The notes: generated by a model not told the origin, from the letters alone. Positions 9,520 through 18,567 are shown, counted from the stretch's first letter. The stretch: DNA of 32,000 bases from Enterobacteriaceae endosymbiont of Donacia provostii (GCF_012570145.1 NZ_CP046206.1:242324-274323), one strand, 5' to 3'. A program made the numbers and translations.

Positions 9520-9593
9520 TACATTAAATAAAAATTAAACCCAAAGATCTCTATTTTAGAAAAAAGTACTTTATCCAACTAAATTATGAGTAT
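9520..9593 (-). pseudogene. Decayed tRNA gene, colinear with a tRNA-Arg (argX-like) gene immediately upstream of tRNA-His
   Basis: Minus strand reads ATACTCA TA ATTT AGTTGGATA AAGT A CTTTT TTCTAAA ATAGA GATCT TTGGG TTTAATT TTTAT TTAATGT A (74 nt). The D arm is intact with G18G19. AGTTGGATAAAGTAC and AGAGATCTTTGGGTTTAAT resemble argX AGCTGGATAGAGCGC and AGAGGTCTCAGGTTCGAAT. The acceptor stem has 5/7 pairs, the anticodon stem 3/5, the T stem is mostly G-T or mismatched, and invariant C56 is now T. Confidence 0.4.
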
Positions 9594-9745
9594 AATCATA
9601 TATAAGATTAATTTTACAAATTCATTTCTTAAATGTCTAGTTTTTTTATAAAAATTTTTTAAATTATACATATAAATATTTATATATATTATAATAATAT
9701 TTATTTAAAATAATTTTAATAAAAAATATTAATATCATTAATAAA

Positions 9746-11005
9746 TTAAGATCTTTTCATCATATTAAAAAAATCATAATTTGTTTTTGTCATAGATAAT
9801 TTATTTATTAGAAATTCCATTGCATCTATTTCATTCATAGGATGAATAATTTTTCTTAAAATCCACATTCTTTGCAATTCTTCAGAAGAACTTAATAATT
9901 CTTCCTTCCTTGTTCCAGATCTATTATAATCTATAGCAGGAAATACTCTTTTTTCTGCTATTTTACGTGATAGATGTAATTCCATATTACCAGTACCTTT
10001 AAATTCTTCATAAATAACGTCATCCATTTTAGATCCTGTATCAATTAATGCTGTTGCTATAATTGTTAAACTACCACCTTCTTCAACATTTCTTGCAGCT
10101 CCAAAAAAACGTTTAGGACGATGTAATGCATTAGCATCAACTCCTCCTGTCAAAACCTTACCAGATGCAGGTGCAACAGTATTATATGCTCTCGCTAAAC
10201 GTGTCATAGAATCTAATAAAATAATAACATCTTTTTTATGTTCTACTAATCTTTTTGCTTTTTCAATAACCATTTCTGAAACTTGAACATGTCTAGAAGG
10301 AGGTTCGTCAAAAGTTGATGCTATGACTTCACCTTTAACTAATCTTTGCATTTCTGTTACTTCTTCTGGACGTTCATCAATAAGTAAGACTATTAATACA
10401 CAATCAGGATGATTATATGCAACACTTTGTGCAATATTTTGTAATAACATAGTTTTTCCAGCTTTAGGAGGAGCTACTATTAAACCTCGTTGTCCTCTTC
10501 CTATAGGAGAGGCTAAATCTAATACACGAGCAGTTAAATCTTCTATAGATCCATTACCTCTTTCCATACTTAATCTAGAATTTGCATGTAATGGTGTTAA
10601 ATTTTCAAATAAAATTTTACTTCTAGCATTTTCAGGTTTATCAAAATTTACTTGATTAACTTTTAATAAAGCAAAATATCTTTCTCCTTCTTTGGGGGGA
10701 CGAATTTTACCTGAAATAGTATCTCCTGTACGTAAATTAAAACGTCTAATTTGACTAGGAGAAACATATATATCATCAGGACCAGCTAAATAAGAACTAT
10801 CAGAAGAACGTAAAAATCCAAAACCATCTTGTAATATTTCTAATACTCCATCACCAAAAATATCTTCACCACTTTTGGAATGTTGTTTTAGTATAGCAAA
10901 AATAATATCTTGTTTACGCATTCTAGCTAAATTTTCTAGATAAATACCTTCACCTAAATCAATTAAATCAGATATAGGTTTATTTTTTAATTCGGTAAGA
11001 TTCAT
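9746..11005 (-). CDS. rho: transcription termination factor Rho
   Basis: 419-aa ORF nearly identical to E. coli Rho along its length: [14 protein letters not shown], Walker [36 protein letters not shown] and [17 protein letters not shown]. Visibly more G+C than its neighbours. Confidence 0.98.
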   Translation of the reverse strand: MNLTELKNKPISDLIDLGEGIYLENLARMRKQDIIFAILKQHSKSGEDIFGDGVLEILQDGFGFLRSSDSSYLAGPDDIYVSPSQIRRFNLRTGDTISGKIRPPKEGERYFALLKVNQVNFDKPENARSKILFENLTPLHANSRLSMERGNGSIEDLTARVLDLASPIGRGQRGLIVAPPKAGKTMLLQNIAQSVAYNHPDCVLIVLLIDERPEEVTEMQRLVKGEVIASTFDEPPSRHVQVSEMVIEKAKRLVEHKKDVIILLDSMTRLARAYNTVAPASGKVLTGGVDANALHRPKRFFGAARNVEEGGSLTIIATALIDTGSKMDDVIYEEFKGTGNMELHLSRKIAEKRVFPAIDYNRSGTRKEELLSSSEELQRMWILRKIIHPMNEIDAMEFLINKLSMTKTNYDFFNMMKRS

Positions 11006-11209
11006 AATGGTGAGGTCTTAATTTTTAGTAATTCTTAAATACTTTTATATGAAATTTATAAAACATTAATAACCAATAATTTTAATTAAAATAACATTGT
11101 TATTTATAAATCTTAATTAAATTTTTATTATTTTATTTATTAAAAATAATATACTCATAACAATACCTATCCATCCTCTTTAAAAAAATTTATACTAAAT
11201 TTCAACATA

Positions 11210-11539
11210 TTATTTTAAATGTTTATTTAAAAAATTTTTTAATTGTATTGTAGTTATAGAACCAATTATTTTATCGACAATATTTCCATTTTTAAATAAT
11301 AAAATTGTTGGTATACTACGAATATTATATTTTTCTACTATGGATTTATAATATTCAATATTTAATTTAGTAAAAATAACATTTTTATATTCTAATGATA
11401 CTTCTTCTAATATTTTCGAAAAAATTTTACATGGATTACACCATTCAGCCCAAAAATCGACTAAAACTAAATTTTCTTTTTGTATTTCTTTTTCGAAGTT
11501 TTTATCATTTAAATTTATTATATTAGTTTTATGTTGCAT
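11210..11539 (-). CDS. trxA: thioredoxin 1, with the active site reading WCNPC instead of WCGPC
   Basis: 109-aa ORF with VLVDFWAEWCNPCK and the IRSIPTILLFKNG thioredoxin fold motifs. trxA lies upstream of rho, as in E. coli. Confidence 0.93.
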   Translation of the reverse strand: MQHKTNIINLNDKNFEKEIQKENLVLVDFWAEWCNPCKIFSKILEEVSLEYKNVIFTKLNIEYYKSIVEKYNIRSIPTILLFKNGNIVDKIIGSITTIQLKNFLNKHLK

Positions 11540-11803
11540 AAATTTAATATTCCTATATAAATAAATATTATTTTTAATAATTTTAATAAATTTGATAAAA
11601 AATTATTCAATTACTCATAAATTTTTACTATTATATAGTAAATATATTTCTTTTACAAGTAAATAAATATTATTTCAAAATAATAAAAATATATACAAAA
11701 ATAAAGAATATTATTATTATATTATTATAACTTATAACATTTAATAATAAATTTATTAGTTTTTATTTTTTGTAGATCAAATTAAAAAAATATTGGAAAA
11801 TTA

Positions 11804-12256
11804 ATGAAAAAAAATAATAACTTTTTATCATCTTTAAATATTTTGTCTTTTTCTGGAGTTTCACCATATAAATTAAAACCTAATGAAAAATATATGAATA
11901 AAAAACAATTATCACATTTTAAAAAAATATTAGAATCATGGAGAAATAAAATAAATAAAAAAATTAATAATACAGTTTCTTATATTAAAGATGAAACATC
12001 TAATTTTCCTGATCCTATAGATAGAGCAACACAAGAAGAAGAATTTAATTTAGAATTACGTAATAGAGATAGAGAAAGAAAATTAATAAAAAAAATTGAA
12101 ATAACATTAAAAAAATTTGATACTAAAAATTTTGGTTATTGTGATTGTTGCGGAATTGAAATTGGATTAAAAAGATTAGAAGCACAACCAACAGCAAATT
12201 TATGTATTGATTGTAAAACTTTAGCAGAGATACGTGCTAAACAAATTGCAGGATAA
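11804..12256 (+). CDS. dksA: RNA polymerase-binding transcription factor DksA
   Basis: 150-aa ORF with [33 protein letters not shown] and the C4 zinc finger CDCCG...[11 protein letters not shown]. Confidence 0.96.
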   Translation: MKKNNNFLSSLNILSFSGVSPYKLKPNEKYMNKKQLSHFKKILESWRNKINKKINNTVSYIKDETSNFPDPIDRATQEEEFNLELRNRDRERKLIKKIEITLKKFDTKNFGYCDCCGIEIGLKRLEAQPTANLCIDCKTLAEIRAKQIAG

Positions 12257-13569
12257 ATAATTTTATTAAAATATTGATTTAAAATTATAAACCTATTTTT
12301 TTAAATTAAAATAAAAATTAATAAAATTAAAATTTTTTATAAAAATAGTATTTAATAAACTTAATAAATAAAATTTAATTAATATTAAAAGTATAAAAAT
12401 TATAAAAAATAATTATGAATATATGCTTAAAGAAATAAAAAATTTAAAATAATAAAATATGTATTAATAAATATACTTCTTTATAGTACTCCATTTAAAA
12501 TGATAATATAAGTAGGTGTGTGTTAGTGCCATTAATAATTTTTTTATAAAATACTTAAATTTAGTTTTAAATCAAAACTATACAATATATAGAATTTAAT
12601 TAATTAATTATAATTATTATAACTAATTTAGATATAATAAATTATGTATAATTTAAGTTAAATATTTTATAAATATCTATAATCATAAAATTATTAAATA
12701 ATATAAAATGTATTATTTTTAATATGATAAAAGAATATTAAAATTTAAATTTAAATTTTAATAAATTTATTTAAATTTAATTTTTAGTAGAATTTATAAA
12801 TAATTTTTTTCATTTATTATATTTATTTTGTTAAATAAAAACTTTAATATTTTATTAATTATATAAAAATGTTATTTAAATTTTAATTTTTAAAAACTAA
12901 AATTTTGAATACAAAATTATAAATAAATTTTACATTCATATTTATAAATTTAATTATAAAATATAATTTCATTTAAATTGATATAATGTATTATAAGTAT
13001 TCCAAATTTTAATTTATTTATTGCATAATTTTTTATTAATTCAATATTATTTATAATAATATAATAACATAAAATTTATATTTTTCTAAATAATTAATTA
13101 TTAAAAAAATTATTATTTTTTTTATTATTTAATTTTTTTAAAGAATTTAAAATATTAAAATGTTATTCTCTAAATATATTTAAGATAATTTTATTTAAAA
13201 TTAATAGTATAAAATTACTATACTAAAAAATTAATAAATATTAAACATTTTTTGATATTTTAATATGAATTTTAAATTTTTAGTTTCTTATTTTCTATAT
13301 ATTTTAATATTTTTAAATATTTTATAATCTTATGTGATACTTTATTTTTTTAAAAAACTATAATATCTTACTAATTAAATTTAATAATATTTATAAAATT
13401 ATATTAAATAGATTAAAATTAAATTTTTTTTTCGATAATAATTTTATAATTATTTTTATAAATTTTTAATTTTTTAATCATAAAATATAAAAATATTATT
13501 TTCTTATAAAAAGAAATACTAAATTTATTCTTTGAAGATAATATATACATAAATACATATTTTATATAA

Positions 13570-13605
13570 ATGATGTATTTTATTTATATAAATAAAATAC
13601 ATCAT
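13570..13605 (-). terminator. Perfect 36-bp palindrome (18-bp arms) 4 nt downstream of the sodA stop; candidate terminator hairpin
   Basis: ATGATGTATTTTATTTAT (13570-13587) is the exact reverse complement of ATAAATAAAATACATCAT (13588-13605). It includes two G:C pairs. An A/U-rich tail follows on the minus strand, but not a clean U run. Confidence 0.4.
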
Positions 13606-13609
13606 ATTC

Positions 13610-14233
13610 TTATTTACTTAAGAATAATTGTAATACTTTATCCCAATTTAAAACATTCCAAAAAGATTTAATATATAAATTTTTATTATTTTGGTATTTT
13701 AAATAATATGCATGTTCCCATAAATCTAACCCTATTAAAGGATAACCTATAGGTTCTTTTTTATCATCTAAAAACATAAGTGGATTATCTTGATTAATTG
13801 TAGTAATAATTTTTAAAGAATTTTTTGTTTTAATTAACCATATCCACCCTGATCCAAAAAATTTTAGCGCTTTTTCTTCAAAATTTTTTTTAAAATTTTC
13901 AAAATTTATAAATTCATCTTTTAAAATATTTAATATAATATTATTAGGTTTCGTATTTTTTTTTAAAATTTTCCAAAAAAAACTATGATTAGCATGCCCT
14001 CCTGCATTATTACGTAAAAATATTTTTTGAGATATAGGAATAGAAATATTATCTAAATTAGATATTAATTCATTTATTTTTAAATCTCTAACATTATTTT
14101 GTTTAAGCACTAAATTAGTATTATTAATATAATTTTGATGATGTTTAGTATGATGTATTTCCATTGTTCTTGTATCAAAAAATGGTTCTAAATCAGAATA
14201 TTTATATAATAATTTTGGTAATTTATAATTCAT
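13610..14233 (-). CDS. sodA: superoxide dismutase (Mn/Fe family, SodA-like)
   Basis: 207-aa ORF with LPKLLYKYSDLEPFFDTRTMEIHHTKHHQNY, GGHANHSFFW, FGSGWIWL and GLDLWEHAYYLKYQN. Confidence 0.94.
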   Translation of the reverse strand: MNYKLPKLLYKYSDLEPFFDTRTMEIHHTKHHQNYINNTNLVLKQNNVRDLKINELISNLDNISIPISQKIFLRNNAGGHANHSFFWKILKKNTKPNNIILNILKDEFINFENFKKNFEEKALKFFGSGWIWLIKTKNSLKIITTINQDNPLMFLDDKKEPIGYPLIGLDLWEHAYYLKYQNNKNLYIKSFWNVLNWDKVLQLFLSK

Positions 14234-14270
14234 TAATTTATCCTTTTATATATATAATATTTTTTATATA

Positions 14271-15098
14271 CTAATTAATTTTTTTTATATTCATTAATAC
14301 TTTTTTTGTATCTGGCATTATATCGTGCCATAAATAAAAAGAATATGCAGCTTGTTCAATTAACATTCCAATACCATCAGATATATTTTTTACTCCCTGA
14401 GAAATACACCATTTCAAAAATGGTGTATTATTATTATTATAAAAAAGATCATAACAAAAAATATTAGAATTAATAACTGATATAGGAATATTTATTATAT
14501 CTCCTTTCATACTACTGGAAGTAGCATTAATGATAATATCATAATATGTTTTGTTATAAGGATATTTTGATAAATTTTCAATTTTTAAACAATTAATATT
14601 TTTATTTTTTTTAAAATGTTGAATAATATTTTTAGCATTTTGATATGTGCGATTTACAATCGTAATTTTACAACCAAATTTAATTAATGGATATATAATT
14701 CCTTGTGCAGCCCCACCTGCTCCTAAAAGTAAAATATTACTTTTTGAAGTAATATACTTTAAATTTTGTAAATCTTGTAGTAAACCTATTCCATCTGTAT
14801 TATCTCCTAAAATTTTATGATCATTTAAAATTTTCATTGTATTAACAACACCTGAAAATTTAGCTCTATTTGTTAGTAAATCACATATTTGATATGCTTC
14901 CCTTTTAAAGGGAACAGTAATATTAGCTCCTAAGCCTCCATTTTTAAAAAAATTTATAATTGATGTAGAAAAAGAATTTGTTGATACTTTTATTTTTATA
15001 TATTTTTGTTCTATTCCTATTTGTTTAGCAAATAATTTATGTATTATATGAGATTTACTATGTTCTATAGGATTACCAAATAATGCAAATAATTTCAT
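14271..15098 (-). CDS. aroE: shikimate 5-dehydrogenase
   Basis: 275-aa ORF with FALFGNPIEHSKSHIIH, NITVPFK, GDNTDGIG and GAGGAAQG. Ends in TAG (complement of 14271-14273). Confidence 0.93.
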   Translation of the reverse strand: MKLFALFGNPIEHSKSHIIHKLFAKQIGIEQKYIKIKVSTNSFSTSIINFFKNGGLGANITVPFKREAYQICDLLTNRAKFSGVVNTMKILNDHKILGDNTDGIGLLQDLQNLKYITSKSNILLLGAGGAAQGIIYPLIKFGCKITIVNRTYQNAKNIIQHFKKNKNINCLKIENLSKYPYNKTYYDIIINATSSSMKGDIINIPISVINSNIFCYDLFYNNNNTPFLKWCISQGVKNISDGIGMLIEQAAYSFYLWHDIMPDTKKVLMNIKKIN

Positions 15099-15641
15099 AT
15101 TTAATTTATCCTTTATAAATATCTAAGTAAATAAAAATTATTTTTTTAATTTTTTATAAATTAGATAATTTTTATTTCTTAAAATATTTAAATTTATAGA
15201 TATAAAAATTTTATAAAAATTACAAATTTTTTATTTAGTGATTATTATTAATATATATGAAAATAAAATTAAAATTTTTATTTTTATTAAATTTTATATT
15301 AATAAATATAGATAAAATTAATATAATTTATTATAATAAATTAAATAAAAATTTTTTAAATTAGTAAATTTTTATATTAATTATATTTAAAATTAATTTT
15401 TATTAATTTTTTTATTTATACTATTTATTTTATAAAAAATAATTTATATTTTTTCTTATTAAAAATAAGAATTAAATTTTAATTTTTAATATAAATTTAA
15501 TGAATTATATTATAATTTTATTTAATTTAAATAAATTAATAAAAAATTTAATATTTATTATTTTTTTACATATTTAAAAAAAAAATTAAAATTTCTGATA
15601 TATTATAAAAATAATTATTTTATGTTTCAATAAGTATCATT

Positions 15642-16139
15642 ATGTCTATAATGAAATTATTATATTTTCCTAACGAAAAATTAAGAAAAATAGCAAAATC
15701 TATAAAAACAATAGATGACAATGTTAAATTATTGGTTAATAATATGCTTAAAACAATGTATTTTTATAATGGTATTGGATTAGCAGCAACACAAATAGGA
15801 ATAAATAAACGAATTATAGTTATTGATATAACTATAAAAAAAAATAATCCTTTAATATTAATTAATCCACAAATTATAGAATTTGATAAATCTCAAATTG
15901 AAAGTAAAGAAGGTTGTCTTTCTATACCTATAGAACAACAATATTTTATTTTAAGATACAAAAAAATAAAAATTAGAGCTAAAAATTTAATGAATAAAAA
16001 TATTGAATTAGAAGCAAAATATTTATTATCTTCATGTATACAACATGAAATAGATCATTTAAATGGAATTTTATTTATTGATTATCTATCAAATTTAAAA
16101 TATCAAAGAATTTATGATAAAATGAATAAAATTAATTAA
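15642..16139 (+). CDS. def: peptide deformylase
   Basis: 165-aa ORF with the three deformylase motifs GIGLAATQ, EGCLS and QHEIDHLNG. Confidence 0.95.
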   Translation: MSIMKLLYFPNEKLRKIAKSIKTIDDNVKLLVNNMLKTMYFYNGIGLAATQIGINKRIIVIDITIKKNNPLILINPQIIEFDKSQIESKEGCLSIPIEQQYFILRYKKIKIRAKNLMNKNIELEAKYLLSSCIQHEIDHLNGILFIDYLSNLKYQRIYDKMNKIN

Positions 16140-16174
16140 AAAATAATATTTATTAAGAAATACAATTATATAAA

Positions 16175-17155
16175 ATGAATAAAAAAAAAATCAAAATAAT
16201 TTTTATAGGTACTTCAAAATTTGCTGCTTATCATTTAAAAGGTTTAATACAAAATGCTTATACAATATCTTGTATTATTACAAAACCAGATACTTATGCT
16301 AATAGAGGATATAAATTAACTTTTAATCCTATCAAAAAAATAGCTTTAAAATATAAAATTAATATTTTACAACCAAAAAATTTACATTCAATATCTTTAA
16401 TTAAAAAAATTAGTAATTATAAATGTGATATTATAATTGTTGTAGATTATGGGTTATTAATTCCTAATATAATATTAAATATTCCAAAAATATTTTGTAT
16501 GAATGTACATGCATCATTATTACCTAGATGGAGGGGGGCAGCACCTATACAAAGAGCACTATTAGCTAATGATTTGAAAACTGGAATTAGTATAATCAAA
16601 ATTAATGATTTTTTAGATCAGGGAGATATTATCTATCAGATGGAATATAGTATTTTATTATATGATACATATGGATCTGTATATAAAAAATTAGCAATTT
16701 TAGGATTACAAGGATTATTATTGATATTAAATAAAATTTCAAAAGGTAAACAAATAAAACTTAAATCTCAAAATATTAATATAATTAAACCTACATATGC
16801 AAAAAAAATATCTAAAACAGAATGTAAATTAGATTGGAAATTACCCGCTAAAAAATTAGAATGTATGATACGTGCATTTAATCCTAAACCAGGTACTTTC
16901 TTCTTTATAAAGAAGAAAAGATTTAAAGTTTGGCAAGCAGAGGTAATTGCAAATCTAAATAATAATAATTATATTGATAAAAAACCTGGAACAATTTTAT
17001 CTGCAAATAAATATGGTATACAAATAAATACTATAAATGGAATTTTAAATATTCAAATTATTCAACCTAGTGGTAAAAAACAAATGAATATTCAAAATTT
17101 TCTAAATGATAATCAATATAAAAATCTTTTTAAAAAAGATTATGTAATTACATAA
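16175..17155 (+). CDS. fmt: methionyl-tRNA formyltransferase
   Basis: 326-aa ORF with IIFIGTSKFA and NVHASLLPRWRGAAPIQRA. Follows def as in E. coli. The 3' end overlaps the convergent rplQ by 8 bp. Confidence 0.93.
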   Translation: MNKKKIKIIFIGTSKFAAYHLKGLIQNAYTISCIITKPDTYANRGYKLTFNPIKKIALKYKINILQPKNLHSISLIKKISNYKCDIIIVVDYGLLIPNIILNIPKIFCMNVHASLLPRWRGAAPIQRALLANDLKTGISIIKINDFLDQGDIIYQMEYSILLYDTYGSVYKKLAILGLQGLLLILNKISKGKQIKLKSQNINIIKPTYAKKISKTECKLDWKLPAKKLECMIRAFNPKPGTFFFIKKKRFKVWQAEVIANLNNNNYIDKKPGTILSANKYGIQINTINGILNIQIIQPSGKKQMNIQNFLNDNQYKNLFKKDYVIT

Positions 17156-17537
17156 TCTTTTTTGTTTTTTTTATTATTTTTTTTCTTTCTATTAATTCTA
17201 TATAAGCCATAGGTGCTCTATCTCCATTACGAAAACCACATTTTATAATACGTGTGTAACCACCTAATATATTTTGAAATTTTGGAATAATAATATTAAA
17301 AAGTTTATTTATATTTTTTTTATTTTTTAATTTAGAACGTACTAATCTTCTACTAGCAATATTATTTTTTTTTGCCATAGTAATAATTGGTTCTATAATT
17401 ATTCTAAGTTCTTTAGCTTTTGATAAAGTTGTTTTGATAATTTCATAATTAATTAATGCGTTAGCCATATTATATAACATTGCTAATCTATGAGCACTAT
17501 TTCTATTAAAATAACGACCTTTTTTACGATGACGCAT
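17148..17537 (-). CDS. rplQ: 50S ribosomal protein L17
   Basis: MRHRKKGRYFNRNSAHRLAMLYNMANAL...GGYTRIIKCGFRNGDRAPMAYIEL. Confidence 0.96.
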   Translation of the reverse strand: MRHRKKGRYFNRNSAHRLAMLYNMANALINYEIIKTTLSKAKELRIIIEPIITMAKKNNIASRRLVRSKLKNKKNINKLFNIIIPKFQNILGGYTRIIKCGFRNGDRAPMAYIELIERKKIIKKTKKIM

Positions 17538-17556
17538 ATTTGTTTATCCAATTAAA

Positions 17557-18567
17557 TTATTTATTATTTTTATTATTTATATTTTTTGGAGGCCAATCAT
17601 CTAATCTCATTCCTAATGATAATCCTCTAGAAGCTAATATATCTTTTATTTCTGTTAAAGATTTTTTTCCTAAATTAGGTGTTTTTAATAATTCTACTTC
17701 TGTTCTTTGTACTAGATCACCAATTAAATGAATAAATTCAGTTTTTAAACAATTAGCAGAACGAACTGTTAATTCTAAATCATCTACTGAACGCAATAAA
17801 ATAGGATCAAATTTAGGTTTTTCTTCTTTAATTTTTATTTCTTTTTTAATATCTTCTAAATTTATAAATGATTCTAATTGTTTAGCTAAAATTGTAGCTG
17901 CTTTTCTAATAGCTTGTTCTGGATCAATAGTTCCGTTTGTTTCTATTTCTATTATTAATTTATCCAAATCTGTTCTTTGTTTAACTCTTGCTGATTCTAC
18001 ATTATATATTATTCTTTTAATAGGACTAAAAGATGCATCTAGTAATAATCTACCTATTTTAGTATTATTATGAATATTATTATTTATTCTTGTATGTGCA
18101 GCAATATATCCTCTACCTAATTCTACCTTCATAGTTATATTAATAGATGTATTTATATTAGTAATATTACAAATAATGTGATTTGGATTAATAATTTTAA
18201 TATCACTACTATGTTCAATATCAGATGCTTTAACAACACCAATACCTGTTTTATTTAAAGTTAAAATTACTTCTTTTTTATTATTTTCTATTTGTATAGA
18301 TAATTGTTTTAAATTTAATAATATTTCAATAATATCTTCTTTAATACCTTCTTTAGTACTATATTCATGTAAAATACCCTCTATTTCTACTTCTGTTATT
18401 GCATAACCAGGCATAGAAGATAATAAAATACGTCTTAATGCATTTCCTAAGGTATGACCAAAACCACCTTCTAAAGGTTCTAAAACAACTTTTGCAGTAA
18501 ATTGATTAACATGTTTAATATCTACTAATTTAGGTTTTAAAAATTCTGTTACGGAATTTTGATCCAT
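17557..18567 (-). CDS. rpoA: DNA-directed RNA polymerase alpha subunit
   Basis: 336-aa ORF with [26 protein letters not shown] and the C-terminal domain [12 protein letters not shown]...[10 protein letters not shown]. Confidence 0.97.
   Translation of the reverse strand: MDQNSVTEFLKPKLVDIKHVNQFTAKVVLEPLEGGFGHTLGNALRRILLSSMPGYAITEVEIEGILHEYSTKEGIKEDIIEILLNLKQLSIQIENNKKEVILTLNKTGIGVVKASDIEHSSDIKIINPNHIICNITNINTSINITMKVELGRGYIAAHTRINNNIHNNTKIGRLLLDASFSPIKRIIYNVESARVKQRTDLDKLIIEIETNGTIDPEQAIRKAATILAKQLESFINLEDIKKEIKIKEEKPKFDPILLRSVDDLELTVRSANCLKTEFIHLIGDLVQRTEVELLKTPNLGKKSLTEIKDILASRGLSLGMRLDDWPPKNINNKNNK

Noticed and set aside
9670-9685. 16-bp all-A/T palindrome ATATAAATATTTATAT between rho and the tRNA cluster, and similar short A/T palindromes elsewhere
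   Set aside because: Short palindromes made only of A and T are expected by chance at this composition, and it has no positional logic.
11131-11181. rhoL-like leader peptide in the trxA-rho spacer, in the G/C patch AAGAGGATGGATAGG on the minus strand (MDRYCYEYIIFNK)
   Set aside because: The Shine-Dalgarno-like AAGAGG abuts the ATG with no spacing, and the peptide has no similarity to E. coli RhoL. The patch may be a remnant or a regulatory site, but I cannot support a call.
12505-12535. Resemblance of GTGTGTTAGTGCC to a segment of tmRNA (…GTTTGTTAGTGGCG…)
   Set aside because: The match is short. The G/C-rich tRNA-like ends and the tag-coding region of ssrA are absent, and the whole spacer has a single GG.
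12257-13609. Replication origin (oriC) in the AT desert
   Set aside because: I found no TTATCCACA/TGTGGATAA-type DnaA boxes or GATC clusters, and no flanking origin-associated genes (gidA/mnmG, mioC, dnaA). AT-richness alone is uninformative in this genome. It is kept only as a low-probability alternative in the finding.
17540-17731. 63-aa plus-strand ORF overlapping the rpoA 3' end
   Set aside because: It is antisense to the conserved RpoA C-terminal domain. It is hydrophobic low-complexity sequence with no Shine-Dalgarno.
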